Shown here in pieces: positions 44,220-55,267 of a DNA stretch of 64,000 bases. The DNA is from an uncultured Acidobacteriota bacterium. Lineage in GTDB: Bacteria > Acidobacteriota > Thermoanaerobaculia > UBA5066 > DATFVB01. Below the pieces are notes generated by a model that saw only the letters and a program-made list of their open reading frames with translations, was not told where the DNA came from and searched no databases. The first letter of the stretch is position 1. Each line of letters begins with the position of its first letter. The position numbers and the translations under genes were made by a program. The DNA lies in NCBI GenBank assembly GCA_963813155.1, contig CAWEYG010000002.1:256001-320000 (forward strand). The letters run 5' to 3'.

Positions 44220-46215
44220 ATGCTGTTCGCCGCGCCCCGCCGCGGATTCTGGATCGGCCTGGGCGCCGTCGTTCTCCTCGCCCTCGCCGTGCGGCTGACG
44301 GCCGAGAAGAGCCTGCGGGAGACCGCGCCGGCCCGATTCGTCTCCCCCGATTGCCTCTACCACATGCGCCGGGCTCGATTCGCCGTGGCCCACTTTCCCC
44401 GGATTCTCTTCTTCGACCCGACGATCGACTATCCCTCCGGAGCCGTCTCGATCTGGCCGCCCCTTTTCGATCTCGCGCTCGCGCTTCCGGCACGGGCGCT
44501 CATCGGACCGGCCGCATCGCGCCTCCAGATCGAACGACTCGCTTCCCTGGTTCCCCCGGTTCTCGGGGCGCTCGCCGTCGCCGCGGCGGCTCTCCTCGCC
44601 GGAAGAATCCGGCGGGGCTACGCCCTTCCGGCGGCCGCCTTCGTCGCGCTGTGCGGCGCCCACGTCCAGTACTCGCAATACGGCCACACGGATCAGCACG
44701 TCGCGGAATCTCTCACGAGCCTCGTCGCGATCGCCCTGTTCGTCCGGGCGCGCGAGAAACCCGGCATCGCGCGCGAAGCCCTCGCCGCGGCGGGTCTCGC
44801 CGCCGCCGTGCTGACGTGGCAGGGCGCGATCTGCTGGGCCGCCATGATCGCCGCCGTTCTCGCCTTCGACGCGTTTCGCGCGCGGAGCTCGAGCGTTGCC
44901 CGCGCCGCGGCGATCGTCCTCGGAGGGTCGGCCGCCGTCACGGGCGCGGGCGTCGCATTCTGGCTCGCCGGCGACTCGCTGCCTTTCACGTTCATCTCGT
45001 TCGGCTGGTTTCATCCGGCGTTTCTCCTCGCCCTCGCGACGTGCACGATCGCGATCTCCATCGCCGCGGACGCGCTTCGCCGCAGGGCCGGAAGCCGCGC
45101 GGCCCTGCTCGCAAGGGTGGCGGCCGTTCTCGCCGGTGCCCTTGTTCTGGGCAGCCGCGCGGGCGACCTCCTCCGGGGGCTTCTGGGCGGCATCGGTCAC
45201 GTGACGATCCAAAGCAGCGCGAGAATGGCGAGGGGCGGCTACACCTCCACTCCGCGCGAGTTCCTCCAACAGGTGTTCGAAGCGCGCCCGTTGCTGGCTG
45301 ACGGACTCCGTCTTCCCGTCGACGCTCTCTCGATCGCGTTTTTTCTGATTCCGGTCCCCCTCTTCATCTGGGTTGCCCGCGCCTTGGCGAGGCCCGCGGC
45401 GGGAAATGCACGGGGCCCTGGCGGGATGGGGAAGCTCTGACCCTCTTTCTCGCGCTCGCGCAGCGATTGAACATCTATTACGCCGCGCCGCTCGCCGCGA
45501 TCGCCGCGCTCGAGACGGGCCGCCAGGCGGCGGTGCGGCTCCGGTTCCGCCTCCGTCGCCGCGGGACCAGCCGGAAAGATCTGGCCGGCCGCGGCCGCGG
45601 GTGCGCTCGCGCTGGCCGTCGCGGCGACGCTTCTCCCGGGACTGCGCCGGCAGATCGCAACGCGATACGAGCCCGGAGACGATCTCATCCGGACGCTCGA
45701 CGAGGCGCGCTCCCGGCTCCCGCACGCCGTGGACATCTACGACTCCCGCTTCCTGCCGCCGCGCCGCCCGGTGCCGGAGCTCGCCGGCGCGGAAGCCTTT
45801 CTCGCTCCCTGGTCGCTCGGCCATTTCGTGACCTATTACGCCGAGATGCCCGTCGTCGCGGACAATTTCGGATACGGCTTCACCGACTCGATCCGCTTCT
45901 TCCTCTCGGAGGACGAGGAAGAGGCGGCCGCCCTCGCCCGGTCGCGGCGGGTCCGGTGGATCCTGGCGACGGACCTGCTGCCGAAAATGAACGACTACGC
46001 GAAAGTCGCCGGCCGCGCCCCCTCGGTCGAGCTCACGCCGGCGGGACCGCGGCTGACTCCCGCTTACTTTCGCACCCTGCAGCACCGCCTCTACGACGAG
46101 GACGGAGCGCGGCGCCGAACCCCTCGCGCACTTCCGGCTCGTCTATGCGTCCCGGACCGGCATCCGCCGTTTCGGGCGATTTCTCGCCCAATGGAAGATC
46201 TTCGAATTTCGATGA
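44220..46215 (+). CDS. STT3/AglB-like oligosaccharyltransferase (frameshifts near 45430, 45600 and 46110)
   Basis: [18 protein letters not shown]....[42 protein letters not shown]-terminal HFRLVYAS...KIFE. Confidence 0.8.
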
Positions 46216-47848
46216 CTCGGAGCGCTTTCAGGGTTACGGGAGCGCGATCGAGCGCGATCCGGAGCTCGCGAATGTCGTCCGGGCTCCGCGCCTCCGAGGC
46301 GAGCTTGCGCAACTCCAGGCGGTGCGGATCGAGCGAGGTAAAGCTCTCGAGCAATCGAGCGCGCAGGACGCGCTCCGAAAACCTGCCCTCCGGCGGCCGG
46401 CCGACGAACAGGAGCGCGAAAAGGAGCGCTCCCCCCGAGACGGCGAGCGCGACTCGAACGGAGTCGCGAAACGCCGGCCAGAGAGCGGCAGCCGCGGCAG
46501 CGAGCGTCACCGCCGCGCCGACCGCCAGGTTCGCGGGCCCCGAACCCAGCAGCGAAGGAGCGATCCATCCCCGGGAAAGCCAGAACGCCGAATAGAAGCG
46601 AAGTCCCGCGTCCGGCTCGTGGGGAAGAAACCAGAACGTCGCGGTGGAGAAGAGGAACAATAGCGCGGAGTAGACCACCGCCGCGGCCGCGATCCAGGTC
46701 CAGAGCCCCGGCGGCTCCCCGGCCTCCCGAGGCTCCCCGAGCGCCGCAAGCGGCCAGAACGCGAGCAGAACCGCCGGAACGAGGTACCGCGAACCGAGCG
46801 CCCATCCTCCATGCCAGTTTTCGTATCCGGTCATGACGACGAAGAAGAGGGCCGACGCCCCGAGACCGACCGCGGCGGCGCGGGAGCGTCCCGCGGGGCG
46901 CATCAGCGCGATCGGAAGCAGCAGCAGGATCGGGGACTCGAACACCAGGCCGCGGCTCTCGGAGAAAAGGTATCGAAGCGCGATACCGGCGTTCGGCGCG
47001 AGAAACCCGAAAAAGGCGTGGGACAGCGTCGTGTGCGCGCGGTACCACTCGTAGCCGTACGACAGTTTCCAGGGGCTGCCGAAGCAGGACGCGTTGTAAA
47101 CGCCGAGAAGAGCCGCGGGAGGAACTCCTCCGGCGGCGAATGCCGCGGCGCGCTTCCAGCTCCTCCGCGCGGCGCCGACGAGCAGGACGGCGACGACGAC
47201 GAAGACGGGGAACTCCGAGATCACGGCCCAGCCCGCGAGCAGGCCCGCGAGCGCCGCGCGCCCGTGCGAGCCCGGCTCCTCGTCGAGAAGCTCGAAGGCG
47301 ATGTAGAGGAGCGCGGCCGACCACGCGTGGGAAAAGAACGAGCGCGCGTAGACGATCAGCGGCGTTCCGAACGCGGCGGCGAAAAGGACGAGCGCCCCGG
47401 TCCGTCCGCCCGGCGAGATTTTTCTCGTTCTTCGCCCGAACAGCGCGAGCGCGATGATCACGGACAGGGAAACCGTCGAGAGCCGAAGCAAATAGAGCAT
47501 CAGCTGCATGTTGGAACGGTCCGCGGGGCCGAGAAAGATCCGGAACAGGAGGTAGAACGGAAGAGCCGCGAAGGAGAGACCGGGAGCTTTGTTGGAATAG
47601 ACATGACCGTTGAAATCCGCCCGGTCTTCGTGGGTCCCGAACTTCGCGAGCTCCTGATCGATCGCGAAAGTCCCGCGATCCGCCATCGACACCACGAGGT
47701 CGAATCGACTAAACTCGTTCGGACTCTGTGAAAACTCGCCGCCCCCGCGGGGCGGAAACAGGTTGACGAAGAAGACCGTGACGAGCAGAAAGGCCCCGAG
47801 CACGACCCGCGAGGCTCGCTCGTCCGCAGTTCCCCTCCAGCGCGTCAT
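46091..47848 (-). CDS. GT-C type multi-pass membrane protein (3' end uncertain)
   Basis: PNEFSRF...[35 protein letters not shown]. Confidence 0.7.
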   Translation of the reverse strand: MTRWRGTADERASRVVLGAFLLVTVFFVNLFPPRGGGEFSQSPNEFSRFDLVVSMADRGTFAIDQELAKFGTHEDRADFNGHVYSNKAPGLSFAALPFYLLFRIFLGPADRSNMQLMLYLLRLSTVSLSVIIALALFGRRTRKISPGGRTGALVLFAAAFGTPLIVYARSFFSHAWSAALLYIAFELLDEEPGSHGRAALAGLLAGWAVISEFPVFVVVAVLLVGAARRSWKRAAAFAAGGVPPAALLGVYNASCFGSPWKLSYGYEWYRAHTTLSHAFFGFLAPNAGIALRYLFSESRGLVFESPILLLLPIALMRPAGRSRAAAVGLGASALFFVVMTGYENWHGGWALGSRYLVPAVLLAFWPLAALGEPREAGEPPGLWTWIAAAAVVYSALLFLFSTATFWFLPHEPDAGLRFYSAFWLSRGWIAPSLLGSGPANLAVGAAVTLAAAAAALWPAFRDSVRVALAVSGGALLFALLFVGRPPEGRFSERVLRARLLESFTSLDPHRLELRKLASEARSPDDIRELRIALDRAPVTLKALRVIEIRRSSIGREIARNGGCRSGTHRRAGSARGVRRRAPSSS

Positions 47849-47875
47849 GGAGCTCATCTTCTCAAGATTTCGAGC

Positions 47876-48628
47876 ATGACGATACCCGAGACGCCGCGCG
47901 GCCGGAAGGTCGTCGTCGTCATGCCGGCCTACAACGCCGAGCGAACGCTCGAACGCACGCTCGCCGACATTCCGCATGAATGGGTCGACGAGATCATCCT
48001 CGTCGACGACGCCTCTCGCGACGGCACCGTCGCGCTGGCCCGAAAGCTCGGGCTGCGGGTCGTCGTCCACGACCGGAATCGGGGCTACGGCGCGAACCAG
48101 AAAACGTGTTATCGCGAGGCGCTGGCCGCGGGCGCCGACGTCGTCGTGATGATCCACCCCGATCACCAGTACGACCCGCGGGTTCTCCCGGACCTCGTTC
48201 GACCCATCCTCGCGGAGGAATCGGACGCCGTGTTCGGAAGCCGGATGCTCGGCGGTCGAACGCTCGAGGGGGGAATGCCCCGGTGGAAGTACTACGCCAA
48301 CGTTTTCCTGACGGCCTGCGCGAACGTCGCGTTTCTTCGATATTTCACGGAGATCCACAGCGGCCTGCGCGCCTACTCGAGCCGCTACCTTCGCTCCATT
48401 GCGCTCGAGAAAAATTCGAACGATTTCATCTTCGACACCGAGATCATCGCGCAGGGAGTCGCCCGACATATGCGGTTTCGCGAGATTCCGATCGAGACGC
48501 GCTACTTCGACGAGGCCTCGCAGATCAACTTCCGCCGCTCCCTCCGATACGGGCTCTCGATCCTCTGGGTGCTGTTCAAGTTCAAGCTCAACTCCTGGGG
48601 AATCTGGCGAAGCGCGATCTTTCGGTGA
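47876..48628 (+). CDS. GT2 polyprenol-phosphate glycosyltransferase (DPM synthase-like)
   Basis: VVMPAYNAE, VDDASRDGT, NRGYGANQKTCY, HPDHQYDP, FGSR. Confidence 0.9.
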   Translation: MTIPETPRGRKVVVVMPAYNAERTLERTLADIPHEWVDEIILVDDASRDGTVALARKLGLRVVVHDRNRGYGANQKTCYREALAAGADVVVMIHPDHQYDPRVLPDLVRPILAEESDAVFGSRMLGGRTLEGGMPRWKYYANVFLTACANVAFLRYFTEIHSGLRAYSSRYLRSIALEKNSNDFIFDTEIIAQGVARHMRFREIPIETRYFDEASQINFRRSLRYGLSILWVLFKFKLNSWGIWRSAIFR

Positions 48629-51027
48629 ACCGCTCGCGCTGGCTCCCGTTTCTGGCGATCGGCGCTTTTCTCTCCCCGCTTCTGCCCGAGCTCGCCGGCG
48701 CCCGGCTGCTCGCGTTTCGGGATGCGTTCATCACGCACTTTCCGATTCAAACCTTCAGCCTCGCGCTGGAGCGTTCGGGCCAGGTTCCTTTTCTCAACCT
48801 CGGCGCCTCCAACGTCGAGCCGCTCCTCGCGAACCCGAATACCGTCACGCTCTACCCGACTCACGTCCTGTTTCACCTGTTCCCCCCCGCCGCCGCGTTC
48901 AACCTGCATCTCCTGCTGCACGTCGTGTGGGCGTTCTTCGGAGCGGCGGCGCTGAGCCGACGGCTCGGTTCGGGAAGGCGCGCGGCGTGGATCGGAGGCG
49001 CGGCGTACGCGTTCTCGGGGCCGTTCCTCTCGTACGGAGCGGCGTTCGCAAATGCCGCGGCCGCGGCCGCCTGGGCTCCGTGGGCGATCTCCGAGGCCCT
49101 GCGCCTCGGCCGCGCGATTCGCGCCGGCCAGGCGGCGCGCTCCGGCAAGGCCGCGCTCGCGGTCGGAATCGCCCTCGGTCTCCAGATCCTCGCGGGCGAA
49201 CCGGCGGTCTCGGCCTGGACCGGCGTCGCCGTCGTGGCCTGCTCCCTCGCCGCCTCCCGGGGCTCGATTCTCCGCCTGGCGGGCGCCGGCCTCGCGGCGG
49301 GCGCGACGGCCGCCGCGCTCGCGGCCCCGCAGGTCCTCTCGACCGCGGCCGCGATCCCGTACTCGTTTCGGGGAGAGCACCTCTTCTCGCGAGCCCAGTT
49401 CGACGCGGCCGCGAACCTGCCGCTTCGGGCGCTCGAATCGCTTTTTCCCCTCGTGTTCGGCGAGCCCCGCCCGCTGATTTCCGGCGCGTTCTGGGGATAC
49501 CGCGCGTTCGATTCTCTGCAGCCCTACCTCTATTCGATGAATTTCGGGCTCGCCGGCGCGATTCTGGTCGTCTCGGCGCTGGCAAGCCGGTCGTTCCGCT
49601 CGTCGCGGACAGTGCTCGCGCTGTTCGCGGCGGCTGCGCTTTTCGGCTTGCTGAGCTTCGGCTTCCGGACGCCGCTGTTCGAGATTCTCTACGCCATGAA
49701 GCCGCTGCGGCACTTCCGGTACCCGGTCAAATTCGCGATTCCGGCGGTGCTGTTCGGATCCGTGCTCGTTTCTCTCGCGACCCGAGAGGCGATCGACGCG
49801 GAAAGAGCTCCGCGGACGCTGCGATACGTCTCGGCCGCAGTGGCGGCGGCGCTGGCCGCGACATTCGGCGCAATCGCCCTCGCACCGCAGATCCTGACTC
49901 GCGTTCTCCAATCGCAGCTTTCCGGGCTTGCCGCGCCTCCCGAGGCGATCCTGTCCGGCGTGGCCCGAACGCTCCGGCGCGATTGCCTCTTCGGGCTCGC
50001 GGCGCTCGTCGTGCTCCTCCTCGCGGCTTCGGCGCAGCGCCGGGCCTGGCGGGCGGGCGGTTTTCTCGCTGCCACCCTGCTCTGTCTCCTTCCGTCCGGA
50101 TCGCGGCTCTTCGTCTCCGTTCCGACGTCCCCATACCTGGCCCGGCCTCCGCTCGCGGACCTCGTCGCCGGCCGAGGCCGGTTATGGGTAGCTCCGATTT
50201 CGGAGTTCGCGGTCGCGAAATTCGGAACGTCGCATCGGTTTCCGAACGACGACGTCTCCGACCTGATCGTCGCCGGCCGCCAGGAGATCTGGCCCCTGAC
50301 CGCGCTTCCGGACGGAGCCGCGTATGCGTTCGACGCCGATCCCGACGGCTCGTACGGGTTTCTGGACCGCGCCATGAGGGAGGCGCTCTCCTCCGCGGGC
50401 GCCGAAGCCCGCAGCCGGATCCTGAGAAACGCGTCCGTGGCCTTCTACCTCTCGGCGAAGCCCGAACCGTTGCCCGGGTACATTCCGTTCGCCCGCCAGC
50501 AGGTCTTCGGACGAACGCTGTTTCTCTTTCAGGCCCTGGATCCCGTTCCGGCCGTCCGATGCGCCGAGCGCGTCTTCTCCCGATCGTCGCTCTCGGGGGC
50601 GATCGAGCTCGTCGAGTCCCCGCGGTTCGATCCGGCCCGCGACGCCATTCTCCGGGGGTCCGACCGCGACCCGCCCGCTGCTTCGGCCGCGGCGCAAGGA
50701 GTCTCGGCGATCCGTCTCAACGCGAGCGGGCTCTCGGCCGAAGTCGACGCTTCCGCCTCGGGAGTCGTCGTGTTCGCGGCGACGTATTTCCGCTACTGGC
50801 GCGCCGCTGTCGACGGAGTTCGCGCGGACGTCGAGATCGCCAACGGCGAGTTCTCCGGCGTCCGCGTCCCGCCGGGACGCCACCGGGTCGAGCTCTTCTA
50901 CGACGCCCGGCCGTTCCTCGCGGGGAGTCTCGGGTCGGCGGCGTTTCTCGCCGTCTCTCTCATCCTCGCCCCGGTGTTCGCGTTTCGAGCGCGGAAGCGA
51001 CGGTCCCTGCCCTCCCCGGCAGCGTGA
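48625..51027 (+). CDS. YfhO-family GT-C membrane protein
   Basis: FRDAFITHFP, GQVPF...PLLANP...LYP, FRYPVKF, WRAAVDG...ANG.F.GV.VPPGRHRV...Y. Confidence 0.8.
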   Translation: MNRSRWLPFLAIGAFLSPLLPELAGARLLAFRDAFITHFPIQTFSLALERSGQVPFLNLGASNVEPLLANPNTVTLYPTHVLFHLFPPAAAFNLHLLLHVVWAFFGAAALSRRLGSGRRAAWIGGAAYAFSGPFLSYGAAFANAAAAAAWAPWAISEALRLGRAIRAGQAARSGKAALAVGIALGLQILAGEPAVSAWTGVAVVACSLAASRGSILRLAGAGLAAGATAAALAAPQVLSTAAAIPYSFRGEHLFSRAQFDAAANLPLRALESLFPLVFGEPRPLISGAFWGYRAFDSLQPYLYSMNFGLAGAILVVSALASRSFRSSRTVLALFAAAALFGLLSFGFRTPLFEILYAMKPLRHFRYPVKFAIPAVLFGSVLVSLATREAIDAERAPRTLRYVSAAVAAALAATFGAIALAPQILTRVLQSQLSGLAAPPEAILSGVARTLRRDCLFGLAALVVLLLAASAQRRAWRAGGFLAATLLCLLPSGSRLFVSVPTSPYLARPPLADLVAGRGRLWVAPISEFAVAKFGTSHRFPNDDVSDLIVAGRQEIWPLTALPDGAAYAFDADPDGSYGFLDRAMREALSSAGAEARSRILRNASVAFYLSAKPEPLPGYIPFARQQVFGRTLFLFQALDPVPAVRCAERVFSRSSLSGAIELVESPRFDPARDAILRGSDRDPPAASAAAQGVSAIRLNASGLSAEVDASASGVVVFAATYFRYWRAAVDGVRADVEIANGEFSGVRVPPGRHRVELFYDARPFLAGSLGSAAFLAVSLILAPVFAFRARKRRSLPSPAA

Positions 51028-51874
51028 TCCTTCCGATCGGCCGCTCTGGCAAGTCCTCTTTCGAGCGGGCTTCCCGGCCGAAGACCTCGAGCGGAACGAA
51101 GTCCGCGCCTCGTTCGCGCCAGGCGGCGAGCAGCCGGCCGAACCACTCGAGGTAGGGTCCCCCTTCGACCTCCGAGTGGATCGTGTGAACGGCCCCGTCG
51201 CGAGCCAGACCGCCGTAGAACGACAGCAAGGAATCGGCCGAGCGGGAGCGCGGATCGCCGATCGTCTCGTCGAGGGTAGGCAGGGTCGTGGGAATCTCCG
51301 GAATCCCCGATGCGACGCCGCCGAAGACGGGGCGGAATGGCGCGCCCTCCCGCGTGTCGGACGTGTACAGGAGGGGATACGTCTCGCGGACGGCGAGGTA
51401 GTCGTCGGACACGGTCCATCCGGCGCACGCGGACGAAGCGGCCGGCCGTCCGAAGATCGACTTGAAGGTCTCCATCGCCCGCCCGTATTCCCGGGCGATC
51501 CTGTCCGGAGGCCAGCGGGCGAGCCCGTCGTGCCACGAAACGTGGTCCCAGGCATGAACGCCGACTTCGTGCCCCGCCGCGCCCGCCGAACGGATCTGAT
51601 CTCGCGCGAAGCGGGAAATCTCCGGAGCCGGGAGGAGCGTCCCCGAAAGCATCGTGCGCACCGGGTAGAGCGACGGAGCCCGCGAGCGAAGCATTTTCCG
51701 GAGAAAGCCGCGCCGCGTGAACACCCGCAGGGCCGCGCGGCCCGACCGATCCGGCCCCAGGGAAAAGAAGAACGTCGCTCGAATCCGATGCTCGTCGAAC
51801 AGGCGCATCAGCCGCGGCACGCCGTCGCGCGTGCCGATCGCCGTGTCGCAGTCGACCTTCAAAGCGATCCGCAT
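50960..51874 (-). CDS. arnD: Undecaprenyl-phosphate-Ara4FN deformylase
   Basis: IALKVDCDT..GTRDGVPRL, ATFFFSLGPDRSGR, HAWDH..W, IPTTLPTLDE, HTIHSEVEG. Confidence 0.88.
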   Translation of the reverse strand: MRIALKVDCDTAIGTRDGVPRLMRLFDEHRIRATFFFSLGPDRSGRAALRVFTRRGFLRKMLRSRAPSLYPVRTMLSGTLLPAPEISRFARDQIRSAGAAGHEVGVHAWDHVSWHDGLARWPPDRIAREYGRAMETFKSIFGRPAASSACAGWTVSDDYLAVRETYPLLYTSDTREGAPFRPVFGGVASGIPEIPTTLPTLDETIGDPRSRSADSLLSFYGGLARDGAVHTIHSEVEGGPYLEWFGRLLAAWRERGADFVPLEVFGREARSKEDLPERPIGRITLPGRAGTVASALETRTPGRG

Positions 51875-51900
51875 CGTCGAAGGCAGGATATCCTCGCATC

Positions 51901-54175
51901 GTGTTCGGAAAGAAGAAATCGGCGGAGCCGTCGACGATCGGCCGTTACCGGGTCCGCCGCCGAATCGGCGAGGGCGGCATGGGAATCGTCTACGCCGCGG
52001 AAGACGAGCGCCTCGGCCGAAACGTCGCGATCAAGAAGCTGCATCGCGAGAGCCAGGATCCGAGCGCCCGCGAGCGGCTCTGGCGGGAGGCGCGCGCCGC
52101 CGCGAGCGTCAACCACCCCAACATCTGCCAGGTCTACGAGATCGCCGAGGAGGAAGGCGAGCCCTACATCGTCATGGAGCTGCTCGAGGGGGAATCGCTC
52201 GGGACGAGGATGACGGCCGGCGCGCTGCCCCTGGCCGAATCGGTTTCCATCCTCCTGGAGGTTCTCAACGGACTCGAAGCTCTTCACCGCGCGGGCTTCC
52301 TGCACCGCGACCTGAAGCCGTCGAACATTCATCTGACCCGCAACGGCGTGAAGCTCCTCGATTTCGGGCTCGCCCGGCGGCACGCCGGCTCGTCGGACGG
52401 AGCGGGCATCTCGGCCGTCGATCTCACGGCGACCGGAATCCTCGTCGGAACGCCCCGATACATGTCCCCGGAGCAGGCGCGGAGCGAGCCCGTCGGCGCG
52501 CGGAACCGACATTTTCGCCGCCGGCGCGATTCTCTTCGAAATGATCTCCGGAAAGCCCGCCTTCGGCGGACGAACGCCGGTGGAGGTTTTCCAATCGATC
52601 CTGAACGAGCAGCCCCCGGCTCTCGGAGGGTCGCCGACGATCGTCGCCGTCGACCAGGTGATTCGCAGGGCGCTGGCGAAGAAGAGCGCGGATCGCCACC
52701 CGTCCGCCGCCGCGATGGCCGACGCGCTCCGGGCCGCCCTGCTCGCGGAAGAGTCGACACCGTCGAACGTCGTCGTGGCGCGCCCCATGACGCGGCTGAT
52801 CGTGCTTCCGTTCCGAATCCTTCGCAGCGATCCGGAGACCGATTTTCTTTCCTTCAGCCTTCCGGACGCGATCAGCTCCTCGCTCTCCGGCTTGAGCACT
52901 CTCGTCGTCCGTTCGAGCCTGGCCGCGGCGCGCTACGCCGGCGCGCCCGACCTGAAGACGATCGCGGCCGAGATGGACGTCGACGTCGTCCTGACGGGAT
53001 CGCTCCTGAGAGCCGGCGACCGCCTGCGCGTGACCGTGCAGCTCGTGGAAGCGCCGGGAGGCGCAGTCCGATGGTCGCAGACCTCGGAAGTCGCCCTCGA
53101 CGACATCTTCCGGCTGCAGGACGGGATCGTGCGCGAGACGCTGCAGTCCCTCGCGCTGCCGCTGACCTCGCGGGAGCGCAATCTTCTCGGCAACGACATT
53201 CCCGCGACGGCGCGCGCGTACGAGTTCTATCTGCGGGCCAACCAGCTCGCCAACGACACGGCGAACTGGCGGCTGGCGGGCGACCTCTACCGCGAGTGCC
53301 TGCGGGAAGACTCCGACTACGCGCCGGCGTGGGCGCGCCTCGGAAGGATTCTCCGGCTCCTCGCGAAATTCTTTCCCCAGGAGCACGGTCGCCTGCTTCC
53401 GGAAGCCGAGCAGGCGTTCGAACGAGCCCTCGCGCTCAATCCGGACCTTTCCCTCGCGCACAACTACTTTTCGCAGTTCGAGGTGGAAGAGGGCCGGCCG
53501 GCCGACGCGTTGAAGCGGCTTCTGACGAGGGCGGCCCCGGGGAGCAGCGATCCCGAGATCTACACGGGACTCGTGCACGTCCTGCGCTACTGCGGGTTTC
53601 TCGAAGCCTCGGTCGCCGCGGACGCGTGCGCGCGCCGGCTCGACCCGGCCGTGCGGACGAGCGTCGGGTTCACCTACTTCATGCTCGGCGAGAACGAGAA
53701 GGCGCTCTCGTTCGACACCGGCCTCGTTCAGTTTCCCAAGCTCTTCGCTCTCGTCGCCCTCGGCCGAATTCCGGAAGCGCTCGCCGGCTATCGCGAAGTC
53801 GTCGATCGGGTGGACGGCGTCGGCCAATTGCTTTGCCGGACTCAGATCGCGGCGCTGGAGGGAAACCGGGACCTGTGCCGGGAGTTGCTCGCGCAGTCGC
53901 GGGAGGTCTCCTTCCGCGATCCGGAGGGCCGCTATCTCCTCGCGCGAACGTACGCGTTCGTGGGGGAAGAAGAGCCCGCTCTCGAGATTCTGGGCGGCGT
54001 CGTCGACACGGGGTTTTTCTGCGTGCCGGCGTTCATGAAAGACGCCTGGCTCGACCCGGTGCGCGCGAACCCGAAATTCGCGGAGATCGTCCACCGCGCC
54101 GAAGCTCTCCAGCGCGCGGCCGCGGTTGTCTATTCCGAATCGCACGGCGAGCGACTGCTCGGGCCCGCGAGGTAG
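51901..54175 (+). CDS. Ser/Thr protein kinase with TolB-N-like and TPR domains (frameshift near 52500)
   Basis: GEGGMG, VAIK, HRDLKPSN, DFGLA, GTPRYMSPEQ, then VLPF...D.I...L and TPR helices. Confidence 0.9.
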
Positions 54176-54300
54176 GGCCGTGGCTCCGGCCCCTAGATCC
54201 GATCCTTCTTTTCCCGAAGCTTTCAGACTCGAATGCCTGTCCCCTTTTCCCGGGACCCGCGATAGGAAGCGTGGGGGTATGATTTTCGCGATGCTCTTCC

Positions 54301-54392
54301 GCCTAACGCAGATCGTCCTAGTCCGACACCCCGGCGGCCCTCTTTCCTCTATCGGGGGACACCCCCTTGCGTCTAATCACATGTTCGGCGGC
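54301..54392 (+). mobile_element. Degenerate attC-like site
   Basis: GCCTAAC at 54301-54307 ... gtctaatcacat-GTTCGGC at 54383, with ATG 13 nt after the GTT start. Confidence 0.4.
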
Positions 54393-54395
54393 TAA

Positions 54396-54945
54396 ATGAA
54401 GGTTCTCGCCGTCGTTTCGGCTGTGACTTTCTTGGCAGGTCAAATCATGGCCCAGGAGGCGGCCTCGTCACATAAGGTTTGCTGGCCGTTACATTTTGCC
54501 GGGTTGACCGTTGGCTTTACCACCGATTCTGAAATGCGGCGTCTCCTAGGCGACGGCCTTTTCCGAAAGGACGAGGGTGACTCAGGCGGGCGCGTCTTCA
54601 TCGACAAGGGTCGGAAAGCCACGCTTCATGCCCGATGCTATACCGATAAGGTGATCGGGGACCTCACCCTCTCCGTCGGCGTAGATCCCGGGCTCTCGAG
54701 GACTGAGCAAAGAAAGGCAGTTAGTCCCCACTTCGACCACGTGAAGGGTTTGGCAACTGGCATGCCCTTAACCTTGGAACCACTAAGGCAGAGGTTCTTA
54801 AGAATCTCGGTCCGCCCGAGAATGGCAACGAGACCAATGAATGGCGATACACACGGAATGTTCTTGCGAGATCGAGAATGGCTTTACGATTACTTTTGCT
54901 AAGGACCACATTGTACGGATATACCTTGAAGCGCCATCAGGTTAA
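54396..54945 (+). CDS. Hypothetical secreted protein, cassette-like (probably frameshifted; restored end TAA at 54945)
   Basis: Signal peptide; AT-richer than host; alternative frame gives ...CSCEIENGFTITFAKDHIVRIYLEAPSG-stop. Confidence 0.55.
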
Positions 54946-55002
54946 GCCGCACAACATAGAGTTAGAGTTGTGATCCGGCTGGCCTATGCTCCTGCTTAGA
55001 TG

Positions 55003-55025
55003 ATGACAATGTATTACAATGTCAT
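55003..55025. promoter_or_regulatory. Palindromic operator / promoter of TA operon
   Basis: atgacaatgtattacaatgtcat near-perfect inverted repeat containing TACAAT, ~15 nt upstream of the antitoxin ATG. Confidence 0.65.
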
Positions 55026-55039
55026 ACAGAGGTGAAACC

Positions 55040-55261
55040 ATGGCGAAGGCGATTTCCGTGCGCCTGTCCGATCGAGATCTGAAATCGGTCGAAAAACTCG
55101 CGAAAGCGAACGAACGGTCGCGCTCCTACATCATTCAAAAAGCCGTCGAAACCTACGTAGCCGAAGAAGGAGACTACCGCCTCGCCCTCGATCGGCTTCG
55201 CGATGCGAAGGATGAGGTCATCAGTTCGCGCGAGCTCAGGCGCCGACTCAAAGCTCGATAG
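55040..55261 (+). CDS. Ribbon-helix-helix (RelB/CopG-like) antitoxin
   Basis: AISVRLS...LAK...RSRSYIIQKAV; GAGGTG SD. Confidence 0.85.
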   Translation: MAKAISVRLSDRDLKSVEKLAKANERSRSYIIQKAVETYVAEEGDYRLALDRLRDAKDEVISSRELRRRLKAR

Positions 55262-55267
55262 CGCCCG

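Noticed and set aside
39106-46085. Very long antisense or alternate-frame ORFs (1795, 1228, 1113 aa and similar elsewhere)
   Set aside because: Shadow ORFs expected at high GC, overlapping well-supported genes and lacking motifs; only the 42744-44189 part of the 1113-aa ORF is real
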